Shown here: piece after piece, positions 19,991-30,147 of the stretch
How the letters are laid out: every line of letters begins with the position of its first letter
Numbering within the stretch: position 1 is the first letter of the stretch
Source: Candidatus Eiseniibacteriota bacterium
GTDB taxonomy: Bacteria > Orphanbacterota > Orphanbacteria > Orphanbacterales > Orphanbacteraceae
Direction of reading: 5' to 3'
DNA length: 64,000 bases
NCBI GenBank assembly: GCA_024276995.1
Contig: JAJRWB010000041.1
Coordinates: 91,015-155,014 of the forward strand
Position numbers and translations under genes: made by a program
Notes under the pieces: generated by a model
What the model was told of the DNA's origin: nothing
Seen by the model: the letters and a program-made list of their open reading frames with translations, nothing else
Database searches by the model: none

Positions 19991-21916
19991 TCAGTCGATG
20001 TAGCCGAGGGCCTTCAGTTTCCTAAGTTCCTCGTCGTCCAATTCGGGGAGATCGTCGCCGCCGTTGAATACCTTTTCCCCGCCGTTGTCCGGTGAGATGA
20101 AACGGACTTCGTTCCGTTCGAGAGACTCTTCGCGAAAGACCTCGGTGAGGACACGTCCCCGGATGCCGATCGGAACGGGAACGCCGAGGACGTGAAGCAC
20201 CGTGGGGAGAACGTCGAATACGGTGGCGGAATCGATGGTCGCACCTCTCTTCACCGGTCCCCCCGCCATCACGAGGATCCCTTCCGGTCCGAAGCGGTGG
20301 CCGCTCCCGTCGAGGTCGTGACCGTGGTCGGAAACGACCATCACCATTTCGTCGTCCGTCGCGTCGTTCGTGATCACCCCGAGGAGGCTGTCGAACACGG
20401 CGTACACCTTCGGGATCGTCTCTTTCATGTCGTTGATCGCCTTCTCATCGGTGAACCGCGAGAAGTAACCGCTCAGGGGAGGGCGGTTCGGTTCGTGTCC
20501 GAGCATGTACTCCAAGAGGTAGATGTGTTCACTCGCATCGACACCTGTCAGGCCGAGGAGGGCGAAGTCGGGATCGAGCGAGTCGACGAGGGCGCGGGCG
20601 GCGGCGGTCATCTTGAAGTCGCGGTTCATTTCGTATCTCGCCTTTTCCACCTTCACCTTGTGCGCGCCGAGCCTTTCCGGTGGCGTCCCGGCGAGGCGTT
20701 CGCCGAGCAGTTTCGCGGTGACGGCGCCGGCGTCGTCGTGGAAATCGGAGCGGAGGCGGTCTTCAAGATCCGGCGGCCATGTGGTGGGTGACCATCGTTT
20801 CTCCGCTCCCAGCTTGGTGGTCACCAAGGCGCCGTTCACTTCGCCGGGAGGCCAGGTGTACCGGTATCCCGCAACGCAGACACTCCTGCCGGCGTCGCCG
20901 AGATAGTCCCATAGCACGGGCACCGTCTTTTGTCGGCTGGATGGATAGATCACGGAGCCGACGCCGAGCCGGGAGAGCGTCCGGTCGAGGCGGTGGAAGA
21001 GGAACCGCTTGCTGTTCCCGTCGCCCGGGTAGCGGGTGATCGGCCTCGTCGCACCGGGGGGGCGGTAGCCGTAGAACTCGCACAGGCCGTGCACGTCGTC
21101 GCAGACGCCGGTGGCGATGCACGTCCAAAGATAGGGCGAGATGCACGGCATGTCGATGCCGAGATCTCCGCGAACCCCCCGATCGATGAGAGCGGCGAGA
21201 TTCGGAAGCTTGTCGGTGTCGAGCAGCGGGTCGATAAAGTCCCAATCGCCGCCGTCGACGATCACGAGCCGCACTTTCGATCCTTCCGTCGAGGCATATT
21301 CCGGCCGGTAGGAAGGGGGAGTGAATTCCGGGCGACTTCGAAGCGCCGGGATCATCACGAGCACGAGAAGGAAGAGTGCGGCGAGCGTCACGGCTCTGCG
21401 CTCGGGGTTCCCGGCGGCGGCCACGCAACGCCGGAGGAGAAGTCGGATCAGCGCGGCGGCGGCGGCGCCGGCGAGAAGGGAGGCGCTGAGCACCGTGAGA
21501 AAACAGCCGAAACTCTCTATCGGCGTGATGGTCAGACTCGGCCAGATCGTTCTGTACCACTGGTGGCAGCCGTAGCACCGTCCGAACCCTTCGGCGAAGA
21601 AGAAAGTGAATGCCACGAACCAGATCCGAACGAACGATGCGAACCGCACGGCGCTACCGCCGCGGTGGCGCGCGATGAAATGGGAAACGACTCCGCCTGC
21701 AAGACCCGCCGCCGCGCCGAATACGCCGTAGAGAGCGGGGAAGAAAAGGAAGAACGAGAGGAAGTTCCTTGCGCCGACGATCAACGGGTTGATGTACAGC
21801 GTCTCCGAAGCGAACAGCGTGCCGGCGAAGACGCCGATCGCCGCACCCGACGCGACGCCTCGCGCTGTCGCGGCGCGGGCGGTCGAATCCTTGTCCATCG
21901 AGCGGGTCACTCTCAC
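19991..21916 (-). CDS. membrane-anchored alkaline-phosphatase-superfamily protein (type I phosphodiesterase / nucleotide pyrophosphatase-like)
   Basis: About 4 N-terminal TM helices, then VIVDGGDWDF and MVMVVSDHGHD metal-site motifs; C-terminus ELRKLKALGYID. Confidence 0.7.
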   Translation of the reverse strand: MRVTRSMDKDSTARAATARGVASGAAIGVFAGTLFASETLYINPLIVGARNFLSFFLFFPALYGVFGAAAGLAGGVVSHFIARHRGGSAVRFASFVRIWFVAFTFFFAEGFGRCYGCHQWYRTIWPSLTITPIESFGCFLTVLSASLLAGAAAAALIRLLLRRCVAAAGNPERRAVTLAALFLLVLVMIPALRSRPEFTPPSYRPEYASTEGSKVRLVIVDGGDWDFIDPLLDTDKLPNLAALIDRGVRGDLGIDMPCISPYLWTCIATGVCDDVHGLCEFYGYRPPGATRPITRYPGDGNSKRFLFHRLDRTLSRLGVGSVIYPSSRQKTVPVLWDYLGDAGRSVCVAGYRYTWPPGEVNGALVTTKLGAEKRWSPTTWPPDLEDRLRSDFHDDAGAVTAKLLGERLAGTPPERLGAHKVKVEKARYEMNRDFKMTAAARALVDSLDPDFALLGLTGVDASEHIYLLEYMLGHEPNRPPLSGYFSRFTDEKAINDMKETIPKVYAVFDSLLGVITNDATDDEMVMVVSDHGHDLDGSGHRFGPEGILVMAGGPVKRGATIDSATVFDVLPTVLHVLGVPVPIGIRGRVLTEVFREESLERNEVRFISPDNGGEKVFNGGDDLPELDDEELRKLKALGYID

Positions 21917-22185
21917 TCCCGTTCCTTTCGGCGGGACGCTCTCAACGTCGAGAATGGTTTTCGGGCTGAGCCGAGATCCACGGATAAGAGTGTCGATCTT
22001 CTATTATACACGTAGGAATGAGCCGGCAACAGAGCGGAACGATATGCCGGCGCGGTGATGGCGGGTCGGGGTCGCATCGAAGACGAGACGACTTTTCGGG
22101 GCTGTCGACCATCTCATTGAATAACGCGCCACGCCCGATGATCGTGTAAAATAGGCGGTGCCGAAGCACCGGGAGGAAAGCGATC

Positions 22186-22986
22186 TTGTACGGCCGTGGC
22201 GAAGAATTGGCGGAACAGATCCTTCAGAGCGACCGGCTCTATTTCGAAATGGCCGCCACCGTGGGGGTGATGAACGGCGCCGAACTCGCGTGGATGCCCG
22301 AGTTGCAGCGCCTTCCGGGCGGGTGCGTCGTGCAGCGCGTCGACCTGTCCCGGGTGGACGTCGATTGCGCGCTCTGGCTTCGGGGTGTCGAAGCGTCTCT
22401 CCGAAACGTGGGGGCGGTGCTGGCCCGTTTCCTCATGAAGGAAGAGAACGGCCGTCTCGAGCGGGAGATGCTCCGATCGGGTTACACGAGAAGGATGGAG
22501 ATCGGTTATCTCCTCGATGCCGGTGATCTCCGGGAGGAGCCGTCGTCCGGCGGTGTTTTCCGTGTCCGCGAAGCACGGACCGACGAGGACTGGCGCGCCC
22601 GGAGGCTCATGGTGGAGCGGGCCGGCGGTCGGCCGGACGGATATGCGTCGCCGTCGTCGGAATGGGTTCTTCTGGAAAGAAGAAAGTGTCGCACCGGCGG
22701 CATGACGATGTTCCTCATCGAGGAGGACGGCCGCGTGGTTGCCGGTGCGGGGGTGATCCGCACGGGGAAGCTCGTGCGTTGCCGGAATCTCGTCCTTCCG
22801 AACGGCCGCGCCGCCGCGATCGCGCCGGCGGTGCTTCGGTCGATCGCCCGCGCCGGCGCGCCGGGCGGCGTCCCTCTCCCCCTGGGAGACCTGGTGGTCG
22901 CCGGTTCACGGGAGGAGCGCTTCTGCCGCGAGGCGACCATGCGTCCCGTGACGCGGCTTTTCGAGTGGACGAAACCGCTTCACTGA
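22186..22986 (+). CDS. hypothetical protein, possibly GNAT-like acyltransferase
   Basis: TTG start with GGGAGGA SD 7 nt upstream; weak GNAT-like segment FLIEEDGRVVAGAGVI...RCRNLVLPNGR; low certainty on function. Confidence 0.4.
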   Translation: MYGRGEELAEQILQSDRLYFEMAATVGVMNGAELAWMPELQRLPGGCVVQRVDLSRVDVDCALWLRGVEASLRNVGAVLARFLMKEENGRLEREMLRSGYTRRMEIGYLLDAGDLREEPSSGGVFRVREARTDEDWRARRLMVERAGGRPDGYASPSSEWVLLERRKCRTGGMTMFLIEEDGRVVAGAGVIRTGKLVRCRNLVLPNGRAAAIAPAVLRSIARAGAPGGVPLPLGDLVVAGSREERFCREATMRPVTRLFEWTKPLH

Positions 22987-23257
22987 CGGCGACGTCAATA
23001 TCTCTGCCGAGGTCTCCCTCTAATGTTTGCCCGGTCGCTTTTTGTGAAGTATGCTCATTTCCGGAGGTTCGCTTTCACCACCCGGGATCCGGAGAAGATT
23101 CATGTGGCGCTCTTTCGTTTTGAACGCGACAGCGGCCCTTCTTACGGCCGCGTCGGCGCCGGCCCATACCACCCCGTCCGCCCCGGCGGACGGCGCCGAT
23201 CTTTAGCACAACGAAATCCGCGCCGCCCTCGGGATCTTCAACCGGTACACGTCGAGG

Positions 23258-23944
23258 AAGGTGCCACTCCTTTCGACGAAGCAGATCGACAGGCTCCTCG
23301 CCGGCGAAGTGGTGAAGATTCGGCAGAAATCGGGATCACCCGACGACCCGCAAACCGCCGTGGGATACATCCTGATCGATGAGCCGAGAAACGATGTCTG
23401 GCTCGCGGCGCTCGATCCTCACTTTCTCCCGGTGAAGAATCTTCGAGAGTACCGGATCTTCTCCGACGGTACGGGAAACAGCTCATGGTACCAGCATTAC
23501 GACCTCCCCTGGCCGGTGACCGATCGCCACTGGATCGTCGATCTTTCAAACGATCTGCGCGTGAACGAAAAAACCCGGGGGAAGGCATGGGAACTCGACT
23601 GGAACCTGCGCGTCGGAGGAGAGGCGCTCGCCTCGAAACTCGCGAGGGAAGGGAAAGTTCCCGGCGTGACGGCGAAGATGGCGAACGAGGCGATCTATAC
23701 GCCGGTGAACAGGGGGGCATGGGTGGCGATCAACGTGCGCGGAGGGAGGACTCTTCTCGTCTACCACGCCACCACGGTGGTCGGCGGCCTGATCCCGGAC
23801 AGCCTCGTTCTGCGCATCGCCATGAGCGCCCTCGACGAGCTGCTCTACGGCGTCGCCGAACGGTCCGTGCGAATGCCCGCGCACTACACGTCGAGCCATG
23901 ATCCATGGCCCGGAGGCGACGGGAAGCCGCTGCCGTTTCATTGA
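23258..23944 (+). CDS. START/SRPBCC (Bet v1-like) lipid-binding domain protein; an upstream in-frame signal-peptide ORF (23102-23204) is separated from it by a TAG codon
   Basis: LPWPVTDRHWIV START-domain signature. Same-frame ORF MWRSFVLNATAALLTAASAPA...GADL, then TAG at 23205-23207, then the frame stays open into this CDS. May be one gene disrupted by or reading through an in-frame stop. Confidence 0.5.
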   Translation, partial: KVPLLSTKQIDRLLAGEVVKIRQKSGSPDDPQTAVGYILIDEPRNDVWLAALDPHFLPVKNLREYRIFSDGTGNSSWYQHYDLPWPVTDRHWIVDLSNDLRVNEKTRGKAWELDWNLRVGGEALASKLAREGKVPGVTAKMANEAIYTPVNRGAWVAINVRGGRTLLVYHATTVVGGLIPDSLVLRIAMSALDELLYGVAERSVRMPAHYTSSHDPWPGGDGKPLPFH

Positions 23945-24023
23945 CCTTCTCGCCCCGGGGGAGAGTCCCGCGTTCGGCGGGCGCCCCTTCCGCCCGGCTC
24001 TGCTCCGCTTGCGGCGGGGGCGG

Positions 24024-25064
24024 TCAGTCGCCGGTCGGTGTGGGCGGACGGGCGGCATACCTCTTCGAGATCTCCGGAACGAGATAGTCGCCGAAGGCGG
24101 TGTCTCCATCGAGACGGGGGGTCCACCTCCAATCCTCCCGTGCGGCGTCGTCGTTTACATCCTCCGGCCACGTGTCGACGATTTTCTGCCTCTTTCCATC
24201 GGGCCGGAAGTCGATGCGAGCGCCGGGGAACGCCGAAACGACGCGGTCCCGAATCTCGCCGGCGGTGAGCGAGAAGCTCGTCACATTGTACACCCGCCTC
24301 GTGAGTCGCTCCGGCGGCGCGTCGGCCATGGCGAGGAGCGCTCCGATGGCATCGGGCATCGCCATGAAGGGGATCGTCGTGTCCTCCCGGACGAAGCAGT
24401 CGTACGGTTCGGCGCGGGCGCCGGCATGGATCATCTCGGGCGCGTAGTCGCTCGTTCCCCCCTGCGGGAGCGTTTCGGCGCTGATCAGGCCCGGATAACG
24501 CAGGCAACGAAAGTCGACGGTCACCTTCGCCCTCTCCGCGGCGAGCTGCCTGTAATTGTCGGCGTAGTACCTGCCGAGCTGTTCGCAGTAGAGCTTGTTA
24601 CAGCCGTACATGGTAATCGGCTTCGTCCATTCCCACTCCTTCACCCGGCCTCCCCTCTTCGTCTCCAGGTCGGGAAGGCCGTAGACGGCGATCGAGCTGG
24701 GGAAGAGGAACTTCACTGGTTTCGCCATCCAGCTTCCCTGGCGAAGGGCGAGCTGCAGCAGCGCGTGGGTTCCCTCGACGTTCACCAGGTGCGCCCGCTC
24801 CGGCGTGAACTCGGCGCGCGTGGAAAGAAGCGCGGCGAGATGGAAGATTTCGAGAAGCTGGTACCGGCTGACGATCCTTTCCATCAGCTGGGCGTCGAGA
24901 ATGCTCCCCACGTACGAGGCCGCGCACAGGGGGCGCAGCTTCTCGTCGAGAGACTCGAGGTCGAGGGCGATAATGGTGGCCGAATTCTTCGCCGACAGCC
25001 CCCGGATGAGGCCGTGCCCGACTTCCCCGTTGGCTCCCGTGATCAGAACGGCGGATTCCCGCAT
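24024..25064 (-). CDS. NAD-dependent epimerase/dehydratase family protein, L-threonine 3-dehydrogenase-like (GalE-fold)
   Basis: LITGANGEVG Rossmann motif, YGCNK(LY) catalytic YxxxK; start at MRESAVLITG with AAAGGAG SD. Confidence 0.65.
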   Translation of the reverse strand: MRESAVLITGANGEVGHGLIRGLSAKNSATIIALDLESLDEKLRPLCAASYVGSILDAQLMERIVSRYQLLEIFHLAALLSTRAEFTPERAHLVNVEGTHALLQLALRQGSWMAKPVKFLFPSSIAVYGLPDLETKRGGRVKEWEWTKPITMYGCNKLYCEQLGRYYADNYRQLAAERAKVTVDFRCLRYPGLISAETLPQGGTSDYAPEMIHAGARAEPYDCFVREDTTIPFMAMPDAIGALLAMADAPPERLTRRVYNVTSFSLTAGEIRDRVVSAFPGARIDFRPDGKRQKIVDTWPEDVNDDAAREDWRWTPRLDGDTAFGDYLVPEISKRYAARPPTPTGD

Positions 25065-25401
25065 CGATACGCTCCTTTCCCGGGCGATTTCTCCTCCGAT
25101 AAGCATGCAGGTGGAACTATACCACGGAGGCTCCTTCCGTGTTCGGTGCGGCCTTTCTCCCCGGGCGGGCCGACGATTCGCGCCACATTTACTTGCGCAA
25201 ACGGCCTCGAGAAGCGAATATATGAAGAAGAGAGATCGGCGCCCCGGGGCTTTCGGCTCCAGGAACCGCGTCCGCCCGAAACCGAAGTGCGATTGGCGCC
25301 CCCGGCGATGCGGTTACGGTAGATCATCTTCGTTCATCCTCTCGTTTTCACGAAGCTGTCCCGGTAGACGGCTGGCCATACATGTTGAAGGGGGTATTCC
25401 G

Positions 25402-26709
25402 ATGCCAGACACGCTGACCATCACCGACAACCGGACGGGAAAGACGTACGAGATTCCCATCATCTACGGCACGTATCCGAAGTACGGCGCCGCCATTCCC
25501 GCCATGAAGCTCAGGGAGATCAAGGTGTCGGACGACGACTTCGGCATGCTCAGCTACGATCCCGCCTTCGGGAACACGGCATCGTGCAAGAGCGCCGTCG
25601 GGTTCATCGACGGCGAGCGGGGGATTCTTCGCTATCGCGGCTACACCATCGAGGAACTCGCGGCGAAGAGCACCTATCTCGAGGTGGCGTACCTGATTCT
25701 TCACGGGGAGCTGCCCACCGACTCGCAGCTCGAGGAGTGGACGTGGAACATCACGAACCACACGATGGTCCATGAGAACGTGAAGAAATTCATGGACGGC
25801 TATCATCACGACGCCCATCCGATGGGGATCCTGGTGAGCACCATCGCGGCGCTCTCCACGTTCTATCCCGATTCGCGAAATGTGACCGATCCCGAGGAAC
25901 GTTCCCGGTCGATCTACAGGATGATCGCGAAAATGCCGACCATCTCGGCGTTCGCCTACCGGCACAGCGTCGGGCTGCCGTACGTCTACCCGTACAACAA
26001 GCTCAGCTACTGCGGAAACTTCCTGAATATGCTCTTCAAGATGACCGAGGTGCGCTACGAGCCCGACCCGGTTCTTGAAAAGGTGCTCGACGTACTCTTC
26101 ATTCTCCACGCCGATCACGAGCAGAACTGCAGCGCCAACGCGATGCGGAGCGTGGGCAGTTCCCTTCCCGATCCGTACTGCTCCACGGCGGCGGCGGCGG
26201 CGGCGCTTTACGGTCCGCTCCACGGCGGGGCGAACGAGATGGTGCTCCGCATGCTCCGGGAGATCGGGTCGAAAGACAAAGTGGGCGAGTATGTGAAGCG
26301 CGCCAAGGCGGGCGAGTTCCGTCTCATGGGGTTCGGTCACAGGGTATACAAGAATTACGATCCCCGCGCGAAGATCCTCAAGGAGATGGCGCCGAAGGTG
26401 TTCGAGGTCACCGGGAAGAACCCGCTTCTCGACATCGCCTTGGAACTCGAGAAGATCGCCCTCGAGGACGACTACTTCGTCAAACGGAATCTTTATCCGA
26501 ACGTCGATTTCTACTCGGGAATCATCTACCAGGCGATGGGATTCCCGGTGTCGATGTTCCCCGTGCTCTTCGCGATTCCGCGTACCGCCGGCTGGCTCGC
26601 CCAGTGGCAGGAGATGCTCGTCGACGAGGAGCAGCGGATCGCTCGTCCGCGGCAGGTGTACACGGGCTACGATACGCGCGAATACGTTCCGATGGAGAAG
26701 CGCGGCTAG
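25402..26709 (+). CDS. gltA: citrate synthase
   Basis: Start ATG 25402 with AAGGGGG SD; GFGHRVYKNYDPRA catalytic motif; upstream part of the ORF-track ORF (from 24805) is antisense to tdh and non-coding. Confidence 0.9.
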   Translation: MPDTLTITDNRTGKTYEIPIIYGTYPKYGAAIPAMKLREIKVSDDDFGMLSYDPAFGNTASCKSAVGFIDGERGILRYRGYTIEELAAKSTYLEVAYLILHGELPTDSQLEEWTWNITNHTMVHENVKKFMDGYHHDAHPMGILVSTIAALSTFYPDSRNVTDPEERSRSIYRMIAKMPTISAFAYRHSVGLPYVYPYNKLSYCGNFLNMLFKMTEVRYEPDPVLEKVLDVLFILHADHEQNCSANAMRSVGSSLPDPYCSTAAAAAALYGPLHGGANEMVLRMLREIGSKDKVGEYVKRAKAGEFRLMGFGHRVYKNYDPRAKILKEMAPKVFEVTGKNPLLDIALELEKIALEDDYFVKRNLYPNVDFYSGIIYQAMGFPVSMFPVLFAIPRTAGWLAQWQEMLVDEEQRIARPRQVYTGYDTREYVPMEKRG

Positions 26710-26832
26710 GCTCCCCGCGGGCGGTGCGAAAGTCGGATCGATCGATGAAGAACGGCCCGGGGATCGATCCCCGGGCCGTTCATTGTCCGAATCGGTTCGA
26801 TCGCCGGCGCGAATCGCCCGGCGTCCGCGCGA

Positions 26833-27228
26833 TCAGTTCGCCGGCACGAACTTGTAGCCGTAGCAGATGACGCCCGACTCGCCGTCTTCCTGGACCTTGC
26901 GGAACTCGAGGCGGAGCCGGTCGCCGATATTCAGCTTCTCCACGTCGCAGTCGACCACCTGCGACGTGATCCGTACGCCGTCGTCGAGCTTGATGATCCC
27001 CACGGCGTACGGCGTCTCGTCGCCGAAGCCTGTGGGGGCGACGCGGATCACGGTGAATGTTTCGAGGACACCCTCCTGCGCGAGGGTGACCGTCTCGAAC
27101 TCTCTCGAGCGGCATCCGTTGCACACGAGCCTCGGCGGAAAGAAGATCTTGCCGCACTTCGTGCACTTCGCCGCCTCGTATCGGTAACGCTGGGGAACTT
27201 CCCTCCAGTAACGTGACGATCCGATCAT
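26833..27228 (-). CDS. Zn-ribbon + OB-fold protein (DUF35) partner of thiolase/HMG-CoA synthase
   Basis: CTKCGKIFFPPRLVCNGCRS zinc ribbon followed by an OB-fold; third gene of the HMGCS-thiolase-DUF35 operon. Confidence 0.75.
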   Translation of the reverse strand: MIGSSRYWREVPQRYRYEAAKCTKCGKIFFPPRLVCNGCRSREFETVTLAQEGVLETFTVIRVAPTGFGDETPYAVGIIKLDDGVRITSQVVDCDVEKLNIGDRLRLEFRKVQEDGESGVICYGYKFVPAN

Positions 27229-27240
27229 GGCGTAAACCTC

Positions 27241-28398
27241 CTACACTCTTTCGAGAATGTGGACCGCCGTGCTCGCGCCGGTTCCACCCATGTTCTGCGA
27301 CATTCCACGTACGGCGTCCTTCACCTGGCGCTCGCCGCACTCGCCGCGAAGCTGCATCACCAGCTCGCGGATCTGGGCGACGCCGGTGGCGCCCACCGGG
27401 TGGCCCTTCGACTTTAAGCCCCCCGACGGGTTGATCGGGATCGTGCCGCCGAGCGCGGTTTCACCCGACTCCGCCGCCTTCCCGCCCTGGCCGCGATCGA
27501 AGAAGCCGAGCGCCTCGGTCACCATGATCTCGGCGATGGTGAAGCAGTCGTGAACCTCGCAGAACGAGATCTCCTTCGGCGTGCAGCCGGCCTGTTTGTA
27601 GGCGTCCTCCGCCGCTTTCGCCGTCGAGCCGATCCACGTGATCTCCTCGCGGTCGTGGAGGGCGATCGAGTCGCTCGCCTGCGCCGACGCGGCGACTTTC
27701 ACGAGCGGCTTGTCGCTCATCTTTTTCGCCATGTCGAGCGGCACGAGGATCCCCGCCGCCGCGCCGTCGGTGATCGGCGAGCAATGAAGGATTCTCAGCG
27801 GATCGGCCACGAGAACCGAGTTCATCACCTGCTCGGCGGTCACCTTCATCGGGAACTGGGCGAGGGGATTCTTCGATCCGTTCTCGTGGTTCTTCACCGC
27901 CACCGCGGCGAGCTGCTCCTCGGTGGTGCCGTACTTCGCCATGTGGGCGCGGGCCATCATCGCGTAGAGGCCGGGGAAGGTGATCCCGTGGAAGCACTCG
28001 TACTCTTGGTCCGCCGCGGTGGAGAGCGCGTACGTCGCCGCCCCGCCGTCGACGTCGGTCATCTTCTCCAAGCCGCTGGCGAGGACGATGTCGTGCATCC
28101 CCGACGCCACCGAGAGGTACGCCTGGCGGAACGCGAGGCCTCCCGACGCGCATGCCGACTCGACGCGCGTCCCGGGAATCGGCCCCATGCCGAGCTGATC
28201 GGCGAGCATGGCGCCGAGGTGTTCCTGCCCCATGAACAGGCCGCCGCTCATGCAGCCGACGAACATCGCGTCGACGTGATCGACGCCGGCGTCGTCGATC
28301 GCCTCGAGAGCCGCCTCCGTCCAAATCTGCCGGTGCGATTTCTCCCAAAGCTCGCCCCAGCGGTTCATTCCTATGCCGATAACTGCTACATCGCGCAT
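27241..28398 (-). CDS. acetyl-CoA C-acetyltransferase (archaeal-type thiolase of the HMGCS complex)
   Basis: Start [10 protein letters not shown] with GGAGAAG SD (the ORF-track upstream extension to 28950 overlaps the HMGCS gene); active-site [12 protein letters not shown]-terminal [14 protein letters not shown]. Confidence 0.8.
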   Translation of the reverse strand: MRDVAVIGIGMNRWGELWEKSHRQIWTEAALEAIDDAGVDHVDAMFVGCMSGGLFMGQEHLGAMLADQLGMGPIPGTRVESACASGGLAFRQAYLSVASGMHDIVLASGLEKMTDVDGGAATYALSTAADQEYECFHGITFPGLYAMMARAHMAKYGTTEEQLAAVAVKNHENGSKNPLAQFPMKVTAEQVMNSVLVADPLRILHCSPITDGAAAGILVPLDMAKKMSDKPLVKVAASAQASDSIALHDREEITWIGSTAKAAEDAYKQAGCTPKEISFCEVHDCFTIAEIMVTEALGFFDRGQGGKAAESGETALGGTIPINPSGGLKSKGHPVGATGVAQIRELVMQLRGECGERQVKDAVRGMSQNMGGTGASTAVHILERV

Positions 28399-28412
28399 TG
28401 TCTCTTCTCCAA

Positions 28413-29465
28413 TCAGTTGGCGAGCTTCCGGATCTTGCCGCGGAACTTCGCGTACGTTCCATAGTCGATGTAAATGGGATCGTTTTCGAGTTGCTCGCGC
28501 GTCTGCGGAGCGAGGCCCTGGACTTCCTTGATCCTGTCGGTCGCCTTCCAGATGAAGCCGTCGCTTCCCGCGCCCGATCCATAGCTCACCATGAGGATCC
28601 GGTCGCCGGGCGAGGCGACGTCGAGAATGGCGGAGAGTCCCATGGGCGACGATCCACTGTACGTGTTGCCGAGGGTCGGCGAGAGCCACCCCTGCTCGAC
28701 CTGCTCCTTTTCGAAGCCGAGTTTCTTCGCCGCCCGCATGGGGAACTTGCCGTTCGGCTGGTGGAATACGGCCCAGCGAAAATCCTTCGCCGTGGTGCCG
28801 CTTCGCTCCATGATCTTCTTCGCGCACGAGAGCACATGCTTGAAGTAGGCCGGCTCGCCGGTGAAGCGGCCGGCGTGGCGCGGATAGAACTGGTACTCCC
28901 GGCGCCAGAAGTCGGGCGTGTCGGTCATGAATGAATACGTGTGCTCGCACTCGGCGATCCGTTTCTCCTTGCCGAAGACGAACGCCGCGGCGCCCGCCGA
29001 AGCGGAGTATTCGAGGGCGTCGCCCGGCGCGCCCTGCGACGTGTCGGCGCCGATACCGAGGGCGTATTCCATCTGGTTCGCCTCGACGAGCGACATGGCG
29101 ACGAACATCCCTTCGCTCCCCGCCTTGCAGGCGAATTCGAAGTCGGCGCAGTGGATGTCGGGTGTCGCGCCGATCGCCTCGGCGACGGTGGTGCCGCTCG
29201 GCTTCACCGCGTACGGGTGCGACTCCGACCCGATATAGATCGCGCCGATCTTTTGCGCGTCGATACCCGCCCGGCGGATGGCGTGGCGGGATGCCTCCAC
29301 CGACATGGTGATCGTGTCCTGGTCGGGGGTGGGCACCGACTTCTCGCGGAGCATGAGACCCCGCTTGTAGGAAGGCGCGTCCGCTCCCCAGACACGGGCG
29401 ATCTGTTCGACCTTGATCCGGTGACGCGGCACGTAGGCGCCGTATCCGATGATTCCAGAATCCAT
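28413..29465 (-). CDS. hydroxymethylglutaryl-CoA synthase, archaeal type (UPF0219 / thiolase-fold condensing enzyme)
   Basis: [10 protein letters not shown]-terminus, active-site Cys region ([13 protein letters not shown]), [14 protein letters not shown]-terminal motif. Confidence 0.75.
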   Translation of the reverse strand: MDSGIIGYGAYVPRHRIKVEQIARVWGADAPSYKRGLMLREKSVPTPDQDTITMSVEASRHAIRRAGIDAQKIGAIYIGSESHPYAVKPSGTTVAEAIGATPDIHCADFEFACKAGSEGMFVAMSLVEANQMEYALGIGADTSQGAPGDALEYSASAGAAAFVFGKEKRIAECEHTYSFMTDTPDFWRREYQFYPRHAGRFTGEPAYFKHVLSCAKKIMERSGTTAKDFRWAVFHQPNGKFPMRAAKKLGFEKEQVEQGWLSPTLGNTYSGSSPMGLSAILDVASPGDRILMVSYGSGAGSDGFIWKATDRIKEVQGLAPQTREQLENDPIYIDYGTYAKFRGKIRKLAN

Positions 29466-29503
29466 CTTTCTCTCCTCCCTGGGCGGTCGCTCCGCCGAGC
29501 GGG

Positions 29504-29968
29504 TCAGGTTCCGTCGCTTTCCGGCGAGCGCTTCCTCGACTCCTCGAGAATCTCGCGCGCCCTCAGAACCGTTCTGGGGTGGACTTCAAAAGTGACCGCC
29601 ACCGTTTCCACGGGGGCGTTGATCAGAAACTCCGAGCCGAGCTGGTGATTCCAGGCGACACGGATCAGCTCTTCCGCCTCGCAGATTCTTGCCGGCGGCT
29701 CCTCCGCGGGGAGGATCTCCTCCTCGACATTCGCCGAACCGCCCGCCTTCAATCTCTCCCGTTCGAGGCGTACTTCGCGGATCAGCTTCGCCCGGCCCGC
29801 CTCGTCGCGCAGCTTCTCGCGCGCTTCGGCCACCACGAACGGGTGGACGCCGAGGGAGACGGCGACGCATTCGAGGTCGCCCCGGCTGAGGAAGCCGAGA
29901 CCATGGGGCCAGCGGGCGACCTTCTCGACGAGGCGGGTCATTTCAGGCGAGAGGGGCCGCTCTTCCAA
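29504..29968 (-). CDS. hypothetical protein with two ~45-aa HTH-like repeats
   Basis: Repeats [44 protein letters not shown] and [41 protein letters not shown]; function unknown. Confidence 0.4.
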   Translation of the reverse strand: MEERPLSPEMTRLVEKVARWPHGLGFLSRGDLECVAVSLGVHPFVVAEAREKLRDEAGRAKLIREVRLERERLKAGGSANVEEEILPAEEPPARICEAEELIRVAWNHQLGSEFLINAPVETVAVTFEVHPRTVLRAREILEESRKRSPESDGT

Positions 29969-30147
29969 GGCCTCGTCTCCGCGGTTCGGGTCGAAAGGGG
30001 CCCCCGCCGGGCACCGGATCGGGCGGAGGGGGAATATGACGATCTATCTCTCCTCTTTAGAGTACGGGGGAAGGGCGGTTCCGTCAATCGGGGGGGCACT
30101 CTTCGCGCCCCTTCCCCCGCGCGGTGTCGCTCTGGTAGTGTCCCACC

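Noticed and set aside
24805-25401. 5' extension of the ORF containing gltA
   Set aside because: The extension is antisense to the tdh-like gene and has no start with an RBS; gltA begins at 25402 with an SD and the canonical N-terminus.
25348-26340. 330-aa minus-strand ORF
   Set aside because: Antisense to citrate synthase (gltA), which has unambiguous catalytic motifs.
27461-28582. 373-aa minus-strand alternative-frame ORF and 304-aa plus-strand ORF (27550-28464)
   Set aside because: Both overlap the archaeal-type thiolase gene in other frames; R/G-rich translations.
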